A DNA stretch of 63,711 nt, counting the filler, from Octopus bimaculoides (taxonomy: Eukaryota), in NCBI RefSeq assembly GCF_001194135.2. It is 4 parts of 4 records of this genome, joined end to end, with 100 filler letters (N's around TTAATTAATTAA, not from the genome) between each part and the next. Parts side by side here need not be neighbours in the genome. Positions count along the whole stretch, not along the records: positions 1 to 31,404 come from NC_068996.1; 3 more parts are not named here. One strand, 5' to 3'. Of this stretch, positions 1-12,731 are shown piece after piece. The notes beneath the pieces were generated by a model. It saw only the letters and a list, made by a program, of their open reading frames with translations. It did no database searches and was not told the DNA's origin. Position 1 is the first letter of the stretch. Every line of letters begins with the position of its first letter. The position numbers and the translations under genes are program-made.

Positions 1-320
1 GTATATATATATATATGTATGTATGCATGTATGCATGTATGTATGTATGCATGCATGTATGTATTTACGTATGTGTGTATGTATGTATGTATGTATGTAT
101 GTATGTGTGTATATATGCATGCATGTATGTATGCATGCATGCTTGTATGTATGTATGTATGTATTTATGTATGTGTGTATGTATGTATGTGTGCATGATG
201 TATACATGTATGTATGCATGTGTATGTATGTATGTATGTATATGTATGTATATGCATGTGTGTATGTGTCTGTGTGTACTCTTATGTATGTATGAATGTG
301 TGATTCTATGTAAGTGTATG
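1..320. repeat. (TATG)n compound microsatellite, representative of dozens of (TA)n, (TG)n, (TATG)n, (GATA)n and (AG)n tracts
   Basis: Direct reading; most N gaps are bordered by such tracts. Confidence 0.95.
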
Positions 321-580
321 TAGATAGTAAGCTATGTGCCTTCAGGTAAAACCTTAAAGATGGGTCAGGTGACAAACGCTGTACACTAGCATACAGGTAG
401 GGAAGCCACCAATGGAAGAACTTAAATGAAACAAAATAGAAATCTAAAGCAAATATATAAATAACAAAAATAAAATACGTTTACTTTACTATTCACAGTG
501 GTGTATACAACGATGTATAGAATCTCTTCACACTAATTTCTATGATCACGCAACCTGTCTTTTATGGTCTATGTATGTGT

Positions 581-629
<49 letters not shown>

Positions 630-1611
630 GTGTGAGTGAGTGTGTGTGGATGTATGCAACTATATATATANNNNNNNNNNNNNNNNNNNNNNNNNNNNNN
701 NNNNNNNNNNNNNNNNNNNNNNNNNNNNNNNNNNNNNNNNNNNNNNNNNNNNNNNNNNNNNNNNNNNNNNNNNNNNNNNNNNNNNNNNNNNNNNNNNNNN
801 NNNNNNNNNNNNNNNNNNNNNNNNNNNNNNNNNNNNNNNNNNNNNNNNNNNNNNNNNNNNNNNNNNNNNNNNNNNNNNNNNNNNNNNNNNNNNNNNNNNN
901 NNNNNNNNNNNNNNNNNNNNNNNNNNNNNNNNNNNNNNNNNNNNNNNNNNNNNNNNNNNNNNNNNNNNNNNNNNNNNNNNNNNNNNNNNNNNNNNNNNNN
1001 NNNNNNNNNNNNNNNNNNNNNNNNNNNNNNNNNNNNNNNNNNNNNNNNNNNNNNNNNNNNNNNNNNNNNNNNNNNNNNNNNNNNNNNNNNNNNNNNNNNN
1101 NNNNNNNNNNNNNNNNNNNNNNNNNNNNNNNNNNNNNNNNNNNNNNNNNNNNNNNNNNNNNNNNNNNNNNNNNNNNNNNNNNNNNNNNNNNNNNNNNNNN
1201 NNNNNNNNNNNNNNNNNNNNNNNNNNNNNNNNNNNNNNNNNNNNNNNNNNNNNNNNNNNNNNNNNNNNNNNNNNNNNNNNNNNNNNNNNNNNNNNNNNNN
1301 NNNNNNNNNNNNNNNNNNNNNNNNNNNNNNNNNNNNNNNNNNNNNNNNNNNNNNNNNNNNNNNNNNNNNNNNNNNNNNNNNNNNNNNNNNNNNNNNNNNN
1401 NNNNNNNNNNNNNNNNNNNNNNNNNNNNNNNNNNNNNNNNNNNNNNNNNNNNNNNNNNNNNNNNNNNNNNNNNNNNNNNNNNNNNNNNNNNNNNNNNNNN
1501 NNNNNNNNNNNNNNNNNNNNNNNNNNNNNNNNNNNNNNNNNNNNNNNNNNNNNNNNNNNNNNNNNNNNNNNNNNNNNNNNNNNNNNNNNNNNNNNNNNNN
1601 NNNNNNNNNNN

Positions 1612-1694
<83 letters not shown>

Positions 1695-2553
1695 TATGTA
1701 TATATATATACATATGCATATATATGTATGTGTATGTGTGTGTGTGCACATATGTGTGTGCATGTGTGCATATGTGTGTGCATGTGTGTATGCATGTGTG
1801 CGTGTGTGTGTGTGTTATTATACACATCCACAAGCTATAAATACCTTGATGGATGACAGCATGCATTGAAAAAAAAATTTAGAAAATAATAACAAAAATA
1901 ATTAAAAAAACAATAAAAATAGATTAAAAAAAAAAGTAGCACGATGGTTTGTTTTAACATAAGCATTATGCTAAAGAACTTTTTGCCGGTGAATGCATAA
2001 TGGTTCTATGAAGGTATTCAACTTTTCTCTTTGATTTCTCTGTTTTGTATCACCATTTCAGAAAAGTTTGTCATTCTTCTTGTTTTTGTCGTTTTTTTAT
2101 CCCAGCTCAACTCTTATCGAGCAGATCCAATGATCAAAGGCATTCCGGCCATGGATATCCAGTCCCTTTAAGATTATATATAAGACTCAAATGAATTCTT
2201 CCAACCCCACATTTTCTTTCTTCTTTTATTTTGCCTTAAAATAGTAGAATGTTACCTGAAGGAATTTTAGCTGCCGTTTCTAGCAATTGAAGCAGCCACA
2301 TAGTGGTTCCTTCATTAGCATTGTGCATATATGTAAAACATACTTTCAGTCATATTCTACACTAATTTAAACCCAAGTCTTACTAAATCTTCCTATGACA
2401 ATTTAATAATCCTTTCTACAAAAGTCACAAGGCCTGAAATTTGGAGACTGCTTGTATTCTTTTTATATCATTCTATCTTTCTTTCATTTTTATATCCAGC
2501 TCTATCATTTCCTTCTTCTCAACTTTTACCGCCTTTTTTTCTTTCATCTACAT

Positions 2554-2895
2554 GTGGGGTTCTCAAACAGGGTCCACATGGACCCTGGAGGTCCATATAA
2601 GATTTTGGGGGGTCCATGGCAATTTTTTCAGGGGCCATGAAAGATTCTGTTTCAGACCAGTAAAGTTTATGTGCAATAAATTGTTTATGCTTCTACAATA
2701 TACAAAATATTTATAACAATTTTTATACCGAGTGGGTGTGTGGTAAGTAGCTTGCCTACTAATCACATGGTTCCGGGTTCAGTCCCACTGCGTGGCACCT
2801 TGGGCAAATGTCTTCTACTATAGCCTCGTGCCGACCAAAGCCTTGTGAGTGGATTTGGTAGATGGAAACTGAAAGAAGCCCATCGTATATATGTG

Positions 2896-2966
<71 letters not shown>

Positions 2967-3207
2967 GTGTGTGTATATGTTTGTGTGTCTGTGTTTGTCC
3001 CCACAGCATCGCTTGACAACTGATGCTGTACGTCCCCATAACTTAGCAGTTCAGTAAAAGAGAATGAGAAAGAGAGAAAGTTCTTAATAATATTTAATTA
3101 TAAAAATACAATAGGATTTTTTAAACATCGAATGGCTATGGGGTCCATCCAAGTAAAATAGGAATCAAAGGGGTCCATAGGCAAAAAAAAGGGGCTGAGA
3201 ACCCCTA
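2554..3207. mobile_element. hAT-type MITE of the same family as 11923-12267, with a SINE nested at ~2730-3065
   Basis: Degenerate TIRs (gt)GGGGTTCTCAA / CTGAGAACCCCTA; shares the internal ggtccatataagatttt and aatcaaaggggtccatag motifs. Confidence 0.75.
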
Positions 3208-3948
3208 CTCTACACCTTCTCCGATCTCTTTTTCTTTCTCTTTCTAACTTTCTGTTTTACTTTCTTTCCATCTTTCTTTCTTTTTGTTTTTCTTTTTTTT
3301 TTATTTTATTCTCTGTAGGCTTTTTTTTAAAAATTAATTTCTATATTGTGTTATTAATCATGTGTTTTATTCATCATTCTCATTTTCGTCATCTTCACCG
3401 TTATCGTTATTTCTATGATGAACTCTTCTCTCTGCATAATCAAAATGATGATGATCATCATCATCATAGTTGTCATCATTGAAACCACCACCACCACCAC
3501 CTGCTTTCACTACCAACACTGCCTCTGCCACCACAGCCTTCACCTCCACCACCAACACCACTTTTGCCTCCACCACTACCACCACCACCACCACCACCTC
3601 CTTTCTCTGCCACCTCAGTCTCCATCTCCACCAGCAACTCCGCCTCCACCAGCAACTCCGCCTCCACCACCAACACCACTTTTGCCTCTAACACCACCAA
3701 CTACAACAACAACAATGACACCATGGTATGTCATCCCTTCCCAGTTCAATCAAATTTCTGTCTATAGCTTGCCTGCATGGAAAGTTGAAACTTCTAATGT
3801 CAACATTTGTTTGCTTGTCTTCCAATCCAGGCCCAAGGATTTATCTTGTCTTAGTCTATGACAATCAATATTTTGTTTATTAGCTTTTGTTTTTATAAGA
3901 GGAGTCTAATGTTTTTATTTGTTTTGTTTTTTTCCTTCTCTCTCTCTT

Positions 3949-3998
<50 letters not shown>

Positions 3999-4529
3999 GA
4001 TCTTATTGTCATTCCTGTCACTTACTATCTTGTCTCTTTCAGAATTGAGAGAAATAATTTCCAGCCTTGATGAAAGCAAAAATAAGAATTACGGACAACA
4101 GACAAAGAAAAACAATGAAATCTTATACACATAAGCTGAATCAGATTTTAATGAAAGTACCATTTAAATGAAGAGACTTTTTGAAAGGAAGAATTTTGAG
4201 GAATTTTGGGGTGAAAAAAAAAGCAAAAAACAAAAAACAGCCGCGAGATTTAATCAAAAAGAACAACAACAAAAAGAACAGCTAAAGAACATAAATGAAA
4301 AATAACAAAAGCAATGATTGAATACCATACAAAAACTTAAGATATTCACAAAGCATTTTGTAAAGCAGCAGTGTCCATGACTTTTATATAGATTTAAGAC
4401 ATTTTTGAAATCATCTGACCTTTTCATATCATTAAGTTAATAAAAACTACAACAATAAAGGCTGTATATGTCTGTGTAGGACAAGAAAAATTTATATTCA
4501 ACTCAATAATAAAATTTATAGTATTTGAA

Positions 4530-4904
4530 ATGGATAGCTCCCAAAATTTGAATATGTACTCCACGGAACATGTGAATAATAAGAATACAGATCAAGAAAC
4601 CAAAAGTAAAGACAATAGTCCTGTCAAGTCAATGGCCGAGAAGAACTATTCCAAACTCAACAGTAACAATTTGTACAAACAAAAGAATTTGATTCCACAG
4701 AAACCTGCAAACACTTGGTTCAATATGAATGCCGTGAAGACCCTACCCCTTACAGAAAGTAATTTTGTTGGTCGAAGAGATGTGTCTGATCCAAACACTC
4801 TACAAGAAATTCGGATTACTAGTGCCAAAGGAACTATTCGGGGCTATAAGAATAGAGTCCGTGCCGGTATAGTGACATTTCTCAAAGAACAAAGTGATGG
4901 AGAG
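4530..4904 (+). CDS. GRXCR1: GRXCR1/2-like glutaredoxin domain-containing cysteine-rich protein, first visible coding exon
   Basis: The ORF MDSSQ...ITSAKGTIRGYKNRVRAGIVTFLKEQSDGE has normal complexity. GTIRGYKNRVRAG matches the GRXCR N-terminal motif (human GRXCR1 GTVRGVKYKVSAG, from memory). Phase-0 donor GAG|GTATAG at 4905. The frame stays open upstream of the ATG to a possible acceptor at 4479, so the true start could lie further 5'. Confidence 0.85.
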
Positions 4905-6537
4905 GTATAGTATATTCTTTCATTCTTTTATTCTTTTATACATTTCAGTCAGTGGAATGTGGCCATATTTGGGCCTTACATTCAAGGGTCTTTGTCAATA
5001 ATAATGACTCTGAAAGTTATCTAAGTCTGGAACCTATTTTGCAGTTTAGTAGATAGAGACTGCGCTGGGGCTCTCAAATATTTAAATATGTATGTATGCA
5101 TGTATGTATGTATGTATGTATGTATGTAAGTATGTATGTATGTCTCTTCTGTATTTAACCATTTAAATTCTTCCTCTGAAGAAGGAGCTTTCTAACAAAG
5201 ATACAAAGCTCCTTCATTGGAATGTAGATAATGGGAAACAATGTCACATTTTAATCCTGAGAAAAGTCTTACATAGTTCTACTGTTCTGCTTACAAATTG
5301 TATTTCTAATCCATGATTCAGTTGGTTGATTTCTTTTTCTGAAAATCCAAGTTAGACATTTACTTACAAAACTAAGTTTACCAATTATTATTGGTATGTA
5401 TGTGTGTATGTATGTATGTATGTATGTATGTATGTATGTATGTATGTATGTATGTATGTATGTATGTCTGTATGTATGTATGTGTGTGTGTATATGTATG
5501 TGTATGTATGTATGTATGTGTGTGTGTGTGTGTATGTGTATTTTTTTTCTTTCATTCTTTCATTTGTTTCAGTCATTTGACTGCAGCCATGCTGGAGCAC
5601 TACCTTTAGTCAAACAAATTGACCCCAGGAATTATTCTTTGTAAGCCTAGTACTTATTCTATCGGTCTCTTTTAACAAACTGCTAAGTTATGGGGACATA
5701 AACACATCAGCATCAGTTGTCAAGCGTTGGTGGGGGTACAAACACAGATACACAAACATACTCACACACACACACATGCACGCACACACACGCACACACA
5801 CACATACACACACACACACACACATATATGTATATATACAATGGGCTTCTTTCAGTTTCCGTCTACCAAATCCACTCACAAGACTTTGGTTGGCCTGAGG
5901 CTATAGTAGAAGACACTTGCCCAAGGTGTCACACAGTGGGACTGAACCCGGAACTATGTAGTTGGTAAGCAAGCTACTTACCACACAGTCACACCTGTGC
6001 ATATATGTATGTATTTATGTATGTGTGTATGAATGTCTGTATATAATGTATGTGTGTATGTTTTCCTTCTCTCTTTTTTAATTTAGCATTAATTTTGTCT
6101 GGCCACCTACTTGGTAGCAAGGTTGTGAAGAAGGGAAGTACTGTTTTGTTCATCATCCTTTAAATCATAAGAAGCTTTTGCAGATTTTTAATATCGTATG
6201 AATTAGGGAGTAGCATTCTTTCCCCAAGAACCCAAATTCAGTCATACTTTTCTCCTGGCGGCTTGGTACATACCCTGTTGCTCCAATAATAATAGGCACA
6301 AAATTATGTGTGTCTGTGTTATGTCCATTTTTCTGTGGTGTTTCTTGATGCTTGGTAACTTAGTTCAACAATTTCCTATATTTGCATCATCATCATCACC
6401 ATCATCATATACTGTTGGGTTGGACATGGGTTGGACATGATACATACATGCATATATATATATATATATATAGGCACATGGCTTAGTGGTTAGGATATTC
6501 AGGACTGAACCTGGAACTATGTGGTTGGGAAGCAAGC

Positions 6538-6586
<49 letters not shown>

Positions 6587-7674
6587 TGTATGTATGTATG
6601 TATGTATGTATGTATGTATGTATGTAGTAGAGTACAATATTAAGCTCTTCCACCTTCAGATTTCTCCCAGTGCTATCCAGCAGTAGTATTATATGTACTG
6701 CCAGATTTGTGTTGGGACTTCTGTAGTGTGTGAATGGATAATTAAGTAAGTTAGAGTCAACAAAAAGACGTATAGAGAAACATTTATTTGTAATCACTAA
6801 CAATTATTTCCATGCAATATGGTTCTCCAAGTTTACAGGTATTTGGTTATGTAACCGTTTCCTTGCATTACGAGATCTAGTTGTGTTTCCTCAGGTGATA
6901 TATAAATATTGTTTCCATAAACTCAAACTCTTGGCATGTCCTTTCTGTCTGTTGTGGTTTACAAGGTAGTAGTACCCACTAGGTGTATCAGAAAATGTGT
7001 TGTGGTTGAAAGTCTGTCCATAAACTGCTTTAAATGTATAAATGGAGTGAGAGGATGGCTATGCTATGGATGGTAAGTATTGAGATTCATATTAAGGGAG
7101 TGCTATTTGATTTCTTTGTGCTGTTAATTTATTCTTATTTGACTTCAGCTTATTCAATACATATTTTTCCAACACGTGTTTCGATCACATTGACTGCATA
7201 TTGTTTCATATTTATATGCAGCAATTTATGCATTATTAGTATGATCTTTTCAGGGTACATAAGTATTGAGGTTCAAATTAAAGGATTGCCATTCAATTTC
7301 TTTGTGCTGTTAATTTATTATTAACTGACATGACTCCCATCACTATCACACATAGATAGGAACAGATAAACATGAAACCCATTGATCTAATTTCTCTGCT
7401 CTTTTTTTTAAGTTCCTATCATTTTTTTCTCTGCACTGATTAGTACTTTGATATTTGCAAATTCTAAAATGAATTTATATCTATGTATGAAACGATTGTA
7501 TGCATGAATAAACCTCTTACAACTTTTTAACATTTTATCTCCTCCATTTTTGACAAATATGATTGGATTTGTAGAACTTCATTTCATAAATTAATGATGC
7601 ACTTAATATATTAATACTACTTTTCATATCTACACCAATTTACACCAGTAAACTTTCAGCAAAGTATATGTATG

Positions 7675-7711
<37 letters not shown>

Positions 7712-8519
7712 CACTTTCACAGCAAGACCAAATAAGGGAGCCTGTACATGGTTGTGAGCTTAAAAACACAAAAGTAGTGGGGTTGATCGATTCGACTAAA
7801 AATTCTAAAAATTCTTCAAAGTGATGCTCCAGCATGGCTGCAATCTAATGACTGAAACAAATAAAAAGTAGAATATAAAAGATATAATGCATGTGTATGA
7901 CAGTGTATGTTTATATAGCTTGGCTGTTCCTGTTGTTGTTTGCACCCAACCCCCACCCAGGTTAACTGTAATTTTGAAAACCTATGACCAGCTGCATTCC
8001 AGTCTTTTATTCAGACTATACTATCCCAAAATAGTTCTTTTTAAAGACAATTTGGTGTGATATAAAGGAGATCTGACTGTTATTTCCAACAAGTCAAACG
8101 ACCTTGGCCATGTTTTTGTTGCTTGAGGAGTTTGTGTCCATTGCTTTTCTCAAAAGAGTATGATTTTGTGAATAAAGTTTGTTCTTATTTTTTCTGATTT
8201 CTCGCAATTAACCCATTATCTATTGGTTTAGTGCTTTTTTAATTGGCACCATTTTATAGCATGTTTTTTATTGCACTTTGTTATATTTGTGTTACTTCCT
8301 TTACTGCTGATTTTTTATTGTTTTCTTTTTTCCATTTTTCGTTATTATTACCATTTGCTTGAGAAAATAGAAGTACGTGGGAATATTAATATTTTTTAAT
8401 ACCATTATTACTTCTACGGTCAACTTTGCTTTTCATCTTTCCAGATCAATAAGATGAAAGTACTAGTCTAGTTCTGGGGTTGAAATTATTGCCTAACCCT
8501 CCTCTCAAAATTTCTGTTA

Positions 8520-10170
8520 TCGTTATTACTATTGTTCTTATTTACTTTTAATCTGCATGTTTGTTACAATCACTTGCTGTGATACACCCAGTGTCTTAGG
8601 GCGAGTGAAGGATGAGAGATGTTACAGTATGACTGAAAGTGTGGGGAGGGGAAGTGGTAAAGACAGTAGCCAAATATCTTCATGTAATATAATACAGACA
8701 TTTAAATGGATAGGGTTTTCCTAAGGATGTGGGCAGTATTTGTCAGCACAATCTTTTGGATTTCTCTGAGACATGATTCTCCTGGGATGTTACCTAGATG
8801 TTTCTGACATCTCTTTGTTATCATACCTAGAACACCTACAATAACAGGAACAGTTTTTGCTTTAAGATACCACACCTTTTGTATTTCAATTTCCAGGTCC
8901 TTATATTTACTTAATTTGTCAAATTCCTTTACAGATATATTTTTATCAATAGGAACACTTACAACTATTAGTCTACGAGCATTTTCTTCCTTGTCTTTAA
9001 TAATTATGTCTGGTTGATTATCTTAGATCATTTTGTTGGTGTTGACTGAAAAATCCCAGAGGAGAGTGACATTTTTACCTTCAGTGGCTCAGGATGATGT
9101 CCATACTAGTAAGCAGGAGTACCAATTTTGTGGTGTTTACATATTTTCCTATGTAAATACTGTCCTACCCAATGTGGTGATTTTTGTATTTGTTTGGTGT
9201 CAGCACAGGTCATCCCAAAACAAGATGGTCTATTGTTTCATCAAATGCGTCGCAGAATCTGCATATAGTGTCAGAACCATTTTGAAGAACATTAACATGA
9301 TACTTTTTGATTAGCAAACTTTGATCTTGTGTCACCAATATGAAACCTTTAGTCTCTGCTTTCAGTCCCGAACTTCTCAGCCACTGATGGGTTGTTGCTT
9401 GGTCTACATCAGCATTTTGGCTTGAGAGTATATACTGTCCATGCAGAGGCTTCTGGCGCCACTGCTCCTCAATTTCTTTCTGCCCGTTCTTTTTTGCAGT
9501 CTGATCTATTTTGCAGTCTGATCTATTTTGCTTTTTTCGTGGCAGTGGTTTCAGGTTCTTCATCTAATTCAAGATTAATGCCAAGTCCCTTGGCGAATTT
9601 GCAAGCTTCCGTGACAATAGAATGTGACTTTTGCTGCTTTCATGTTTGCACACAAGCAGTAGCATCCAGTACTCTGTACTGTATCATTACCTGTTCATTG
9701 CTACTGTTGAGGTCTTATAGCACAGTTCTACCTGCATCATTCCTCTTCCCCCATTACTTCTAGGTAGGTACAGACGATCTTTTGGGTGGTGCATGTTCTT
9801 AGATGTTAGTGGTTTTCTTGTCTTCCTGTCCAGGCGTTGGGGCTCCATAGGATTCCAGTTAATGATATTAAAATTGTATTAGACTACTAAAAGTGCCAGG
9901 ATGTTAATGGCTTTGATGTGATTTTTCAAGTTGAATTCAGCTTTCAGTATAAGTCTCATTCTCCTGTAATACTCCTTTCTTATTTTTTCCTTCATAGTAG
10001 CATGTTGTACACCATCTCCTTTGTTTATTTCCAGGTATTTATAACTTTCTTATGGATCAAGTTCCTTGATGGCAGCATCAGTATCTAATTTAATGGAAGT
10101 TGTTTGTCTGAGCTTGCCTCTTACAAAACTTGCTTTAGTACATTTATCAAGGACAAAATTCATCCTAAAC
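8520..10170 (-). mobile_element. 5'-truncated, decayed R4/Dong-clade non-LTR retrotransposon (RT C-terminus, CCHC finger, restriction-like endonuclease)
   Basis: Minus-strand translation with stops and frameshifts: HHPKDRLYLPRSNGGRG...KPLHGQY...THQWLRSSGLKAETKGFILVTQDQ...CRFCDAFDETIDHLVLG*P...VGQYLHRKIC...LLWDFSVNT...NQPDIIIKDKE...KEFDKLSKYKDLEIEI...VPVIVGVLG...IQKIVLTNTAHILRKTL. The 5' break abuts a (TAA)n tract. Confidence 0.9.
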
Positions 10171-10185
10171 TATTATTATTATCAC

Positions 10186-10261
<76 letters not shown>

Positions 10262-10265
10262 TTTG

Positions 10266-10311
<46 letters not shown>

Positions 10312-10334
10312 TATTATTACTATTATTATTATTT

Positions 10335-10525
10335 GTTTTGACTCAGGTTTGGTCTTATTCCTGGTAGAATCTATATGGGTATCAAATTACTTCCTATATC
10401 CTTAGATATCCACAAGCTTTCAATAATCTTTCAATTGCTCAAAACCCTTTTTTGTTCTTACGAAGCAAATTTTCTTATAGAAGCTCTTTAGGATATTCAA
10501 GTCTAATGGCCTTCAGTCATTTGTC
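10335..10525 (-). mobile_element. Short 3' fragment of another R4/Dong-like element
   Basis: The minus strand reads DVDK*LKAIRLEYPKELL*/KICFVRT, resembling the RLE C-terminal 'wl..i...ellQK..llgTa' motif, then a short 3'UTR. Flanked by TAA-type repeats on both sides. Confidence 0.5.
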
Positions 10526-10536
10526 TACATCATTAC

Positions 10537-10567
<31 letters not shown>

Positions 10568-10569
<2 letters not shown>

Positions 10570-11113
10570 GAAACATCTCAGTTTATTTTGCTAGGTATGA
10601 AGGAAAGTGTCAACTGTCCACAGCCAGCAGACTCAGGTGACACTTGTTTACGGATCATACTTCAAGAACCCTGTGGAGAACTCTTGCAGTTCCAAGCAAT
10701 GACGATTTTTATAAGTGTCCTATCTTTACATTTGTACCAGTCTTTTTGAACCATGTTGGTAGATGAGTGCTAGTACTTCCAAGCATGCCAACCATTATTG
10801 GAATCATGTCTAACTCTCTTCATTGCTTTCAACCTGCATATTTCCCTCTTCAATTCATCACTGTTAACTTTTATTTTTTTTCTTTGATCTTGTTATCACC
10901 AGGACATGCTGTGTCAATTATCAGATCAGGCATGTTTTTTTCCTCTTCATCACAACAATGTCAGGTTTCCAATATCTAATCTGATGGTCATTGCATTCCA
11001 TTGGATTTTGCAATAATCATTCTCAATAACTTTTTCTGGGATTTGGTCATGTCACATCTTTAATCTTTCTAGACTAAAATTTCCACAGACCTCCCAATCG
11101 ATCATTCTTACCA

Positions 11114-11114
<1 letters not shown>
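10568..11114 (-). mobile_element. 5'-truncated R4/Dong-like element of a different family (RLE domain and 3'UTR)
   Basis: Minus strand: VVRMIDWEVCGNF...IPEKVIENDYCKIQWN...WKPDIVVMK...IIDTACPGDNKI...IPIMVGMLGS...KSSLLGTARVLHRVLEV*. It begins and ends directly in (TAA)n tracts. Confidence 0.85.
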
Positions 11115-11173
<59 letters not shown>

Positions 11174-11221
11174 CATTATTATTATTATTATTATTAGAAT
11201 TATTATTATTATTATTATTGT

Positions 11222-11612
11222 GGAGGCGCAATGGCCCAGTGGTTAGGGCAACAGACTCGCGGTCGGAGGATCGTGGTTTTGATTCCCAGACCGGGCATTG
11301 TGTGTATTTATTGAGCAAAAACACCTAAAGCTCCACGAGGCTCCGGCAGGGGGTGGTGGCGACCCATGTTGTACTCTTTCATCTCAACTTTCTCTCACTC
11401 TTTCTTCCTGGCTATGGGATCCACCATAATAAAACAGTAATCAAAGGGGTCCATAGATTAAAAATAGTTGAGAACCACTGTTCTGATGTAACACTTTCTT
11501 GAGTAAAGCTGCAATGGACTGGTGTCCCGTCCAGCTGAGGTGGGGGAACACATATGGCATAGAAACTGGGAAACCAGGCTCATGAGCCTGGCTAGGCTTT
11601 AAAAGGGCGCAT

Positions 11613-11615
<3 letters not shown>
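11222..11615 (+). mobile_element. SINE head C with V-domain-like tail, interrupted at 11411-11494
   Basis: tRNA-like head ggcgcaatggcccagtggttaggg...gattcccagaccggg; tail gctgcaatggactggtgtcccgtccagctg...aaagggcgcat. Confidence 0.8.
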
Positions 11616-11644
<29 letters not shown>

Positions 11645-11922
11645 CAAAGCAGCGCTCCAGACAAAACTCCATTCAGCATTTTGTCCATTTTTACATTTTG
11701 AATTCAAATTCCTCTGAGGTCGACTTTGCCTTTCATCCTTTTAGAGTTAATAAAATAGGTACCGATTGAGTACTGGGGTTGATATAATCAACTAGCCCCA
11801 CCTCCACAAAATTTCAGGCCTTGTGCCAATAGTAAAACAAAAAAATTACTTTATCAATCCTGCCCCACAATTTCTGGCTTTGTGAGAAATCATTTCTACT
11901 TACTATAATATATATTCTAATG

Positions 11923-12267
11923 CAGTGGTCCTCAATCAGGATCCATATGGCCCCTAAAGGTCCATATAAGATTTTGTGGGGTCCACATGACAAAATAATA
12001 AATTGAGGACACAACATAGTATTTTAAATACCCTGGAAAATGTAGCTTCAGATGTATATATTGATATATATTGCAACGAAGGGCGAGATTTCTTTCTCTA
12101 ATTTTCCATAGTTCAACCAACATAAGTCAATATGTAGAAAATAAAATGAGAATTTTGAAAGAAGTTTCTATAAAACTAGTTTTTAAACATAGAATGGCTA
12201 TTGGGATTCACCATAATAAAACAGTAATCAAAGGGGTCCATAGATTAAAAATGGTTGAGAACCACTG
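11923..12267. mobile_element. hAT-type MITE
   Basis: TIRs CAGTGGTCCTCAA / TTGAGAACCACTG; 8-bp TSD ttctaatg / ttctgatg (one mismatch). Confidence 0.85.
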
Positions 12268-12364
12268 TTCTGATGTAACACTTTAAAGGGAGCAAAATGT
12301 TGCCAGTTCATAGCAGATTAAAATCTAAAAATATTTTTCATTTGCAAAATAGCATAAGTAAATA

Positions 12365-12731
12365 ATCAAGAGCACTCAGAGAGCGCAAATCTCCGCCAAG
12401 GCAACACCAACGTCCTCTCAATGATTAGCCAGAGATGATTTTTATAATGAGAATGTCTGAAATAAACTTGACTGCTCTCACAAATGAGAATACTAAAACT
12501 GAACTTGACCACTCTCAAAAATTAAGTAAAAAAAAGCAGGAAAAATAATCCAGAATCCTTGTCTAGAACTGGATCACTCTCAAAATCTAATCAGTTTGTG
12601 CCAGTCATGAGGCCCAACATCCCTGAAAGTTTCATTTGAATCCATCCAGCAGTTCTTGAGATATCTTGTCCATGGACAAACAAACAAACATGACTGAAAA
12701 CAATACCTCTGACTTCGTTAAGGCAGAGGTA
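12365..12731 (+). mobile_element. Helentron-associated non-autonomous element (HINE/DINE-1-like)
   Basis: 5' caagagcactcagagagcgcaaatctccgccaagg, internal (AAAC)n, and a 3' hairpin tacctctg-acttcgttaagg-cagaggta followed by A-rich sequence. Confidence 0.6.

Noticed and set aside
15-1869. Long ORFs such as MYVCMYVC.../HTHTHT... and all ORFs containing X runs
   Set aside because: They are translations of dinucleotide/tetranucleotide microsatellites and N gaps; the same applies to dozens of track entries across the window.
5175-5215. Perfect 11-bp inverted repeat gaaggagcttt...aaagctccttc preceded by CTGAAGA
   Set aside because: Looks like a hammerhead stem II, but no GAAA follows, so the core is incomplete.
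7070-7325. ~65-bp direct repeat 185 bp apart, and small tandem duplications at 26085-26150 and 58225-58285
   Set aside because: Ordinary local duplications; no spacer-repeat regularity, so not CRISPR-like, and the context is eukaryotic.
11222-11300. tRNA-like sequences at SINE heads (also 49370-49427, 53880-53945, 60400-60470)
   Set aside because: A/B-box-like motifs are present, but they run into SINE bodies and do not give a complete cloverleaf; not called as tRNA genes.
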